DNA of 64,000 nt from Prosthecobacter debontii (lineage in GTDB: Bacteria; Verrucomicrobiota; Verrucomicrobiia; Verrucomicrobiales; Akkermansiaceae). The stretch's first letter is position 1. Each line of letters begins with the position of its first letter. The position numbers and the translations under genes are program-made. The notes beneath the pieces were generated by a model. It searched no databases, was not told where the DNA came from, and saw only the letters and a list, made by a program, of their open reading frames with translations. Of the stretch, positions 62,854 through 64,000 are shown one piece after another. The stretch is from NCBI GenBank assembly GCA_945869465.1, contig CAMBPB010000002.1:27874-91873 (forward strand), in the 5' to 3' direction.

Positions 62854-64000
62854 TTCGCACCTCCTTCGGATTTGCGAGCGAGGGATTCGACGCTGCGCCG
62901 CAGGTCAGTGATGGCTTGCTTCAAGCTGGCGATCTCGTCGTCCTTTCGCTCCATTTCATCCTCGAATTTTCCGTTCAACCCCTGAATGGCCGCCAACGCG
63001 ACGCCATCCGCATCGACAGTGGCGATGTGCCTGTCGTCGGGACCTACGCCGAAAGCGGCGTGGAAGTCCTGGGCCATCGGGCCGAGATGGCGGACGGAGG
63101 GGTCGGATTTGTAGCACCACTCGCTCACCGGCAAGGCCACCAGTTTATCAAGGACAGACTGTGGCTCCACGGACCGGAAGTCTTTTTTTGCGTTCCGGTC
63201 ACTGCTCAGGATCACTGAGTTGGCGACCACGTTGCCGCGCACGTTGAGATTTCCCGGACTGGTCAAGCGCATGAGTTCCAGCCCGCCAGCGCCGGGATCG
63301 TGGGCGGTGTTGCTGTGGATGCCAATCCGGTGCCATGAGAAATGGTTTCCGGTGCGAAAGTAGAGGGTGTCCGACTGCACGCCGACGGCATACAGGCTTC
63401 CGACCAGATTGACCAACTGCCCGATGGCAGCGCCAAAGCTGAGGGTGCCGGAGCCATTTACCGTCAGGTTTCCGGCGGATGAGATCGCTAGGCGCGATTG
63501 GTTCGCGGTAACCAATTCCAACGGGTGATTGCTGGCGGTTCCCATGAATCCGAGTCCGCTTTGGCTGGCTTCCATCTGCACCTCGACGCGCTGGGATCCG
63601 ACGGCGGGGGCCGGACCCGCCACGGCCAGGAACGCCGCTCGTCCCGAGGTCAACCCGTCTTCCACCACGCAGCGCTGGCTGGCGGCATTGATGGTGGCCG
63701 CGCCGGATGACTCGCCGACATGCAGCCGGTGCAAAGGGGATGTCGGGCCGATTCCCACCCGGAGATCCTGCATCAGGGTCATGACTGGAAAGTCACCGGG
63801 AGAACCTCCGTAAGAGAAGCGCATCTTGCCGTTGGTCCGGCCTCCTGCCGGTCCGTTGTCGATGTGGAAATAGGCGAATCCGTCGGGTGGCCGGAAAGTG
63901 ATCGCCCCCGGGATGCCGAAGTCCAAGCCGGTGGTGATCCGGTTGTGGAAATGATTGTTTCCGGTGAAAGCCTGATCTGCGGTGAGGCGGGCGATATTGG
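62850..64000 (-). CDS. Tail-fibre-like protein with a C-terminal peptidase S74 chaperone domain, 5' end beyond the window
   Basis: Frame open to the window edge (NIARLTADQAFTGNN...); SDRNAKKDF, HLGPMAQDFHAAFG, DGVALAAIQGL, then a coiled coil. Confidence 0.88.
   Translation of the reverse strand, partial: NIARLTADQAFTGNNHFHNRITTGLDFGIPGAITFRPPDGFAYFHIDNGPAGGRTNGKMRFSYGGSPGDFPVMTLMQDLRVGIGPTSPLHRLHVGESSGAATINAASQRCVVEDGLTSGRAAFLAVAGPAPAVGSQRVEVQMEASQSGLGFMGTASNHPLELVTANQSRLAISSAGNLTVNGSGTLSFGAAIGQLVNLVGSLYAVGVQSDTLYFRTGNHFSWHRIGIHSNTAHDPGAGGLELMRLTSPGNLNVRGNVVANSVILSSDRNAKKDFRSVEPQSVLDKLVALPVSEWCYKSDPSVRHLGPMAQDFHAAFGVGPDDRHIATVDADGVALAAIQGLNGKFEDEMERKDDEIASLKQAITDLRRSVESLARKSEGGAK

Noticed and set aside
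62850-64000. Prophage at the right edge
   Set aside because: Only a fibre-like gene is visible, coupled to a signal-peptide protein and next to hemQ; sequence beyond the window is unseen.

Overview
This is a GC-rich chromosomal segment of a PVC-superphylum bacterium. The gene families point to Verrucomicrobia, Luteolibacter-like; that assignment is an inference. Housekeeping genes include hemL, tatA, purL, tRNA-Asp, fabD, ppnP, uvrB, rng-mrdA-mreDCB, malQ, a SNF2 helicase, fdhD, lysA, folB, a DciA-like protein, a ferredoxin and hemQ. Five things stand out. (1) purL carries an ~840-bp in-frame insertion, bracketed by REP-like hairpins, that encodes a kinase-like domain with a nested small ORF; purL also holds another REP and three 7-nt-period repeat arrays. 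(2) The pentamer CTAAC/GTTAG recurs about once per kb in every frame, in both orientations, through rare codons and stop codons. (3) An ~18-kb co-oriented operon combines PSCyt/DUF1549/DUF1553, DUF1501, three TPR proteins (one of 2374 aa), ExbB, two ExbD and DUF4159, with no TonB or TonB-dependent receptor. (4) A HAD-Nudix fusion sits directly upstream of folB. (5) There is an orphan pseudopilin-like giant protein, a non-phage S74 fibre gene and two gene scars. All family assignments come from recalled motifs, and all counts were made by eye, not by computation.
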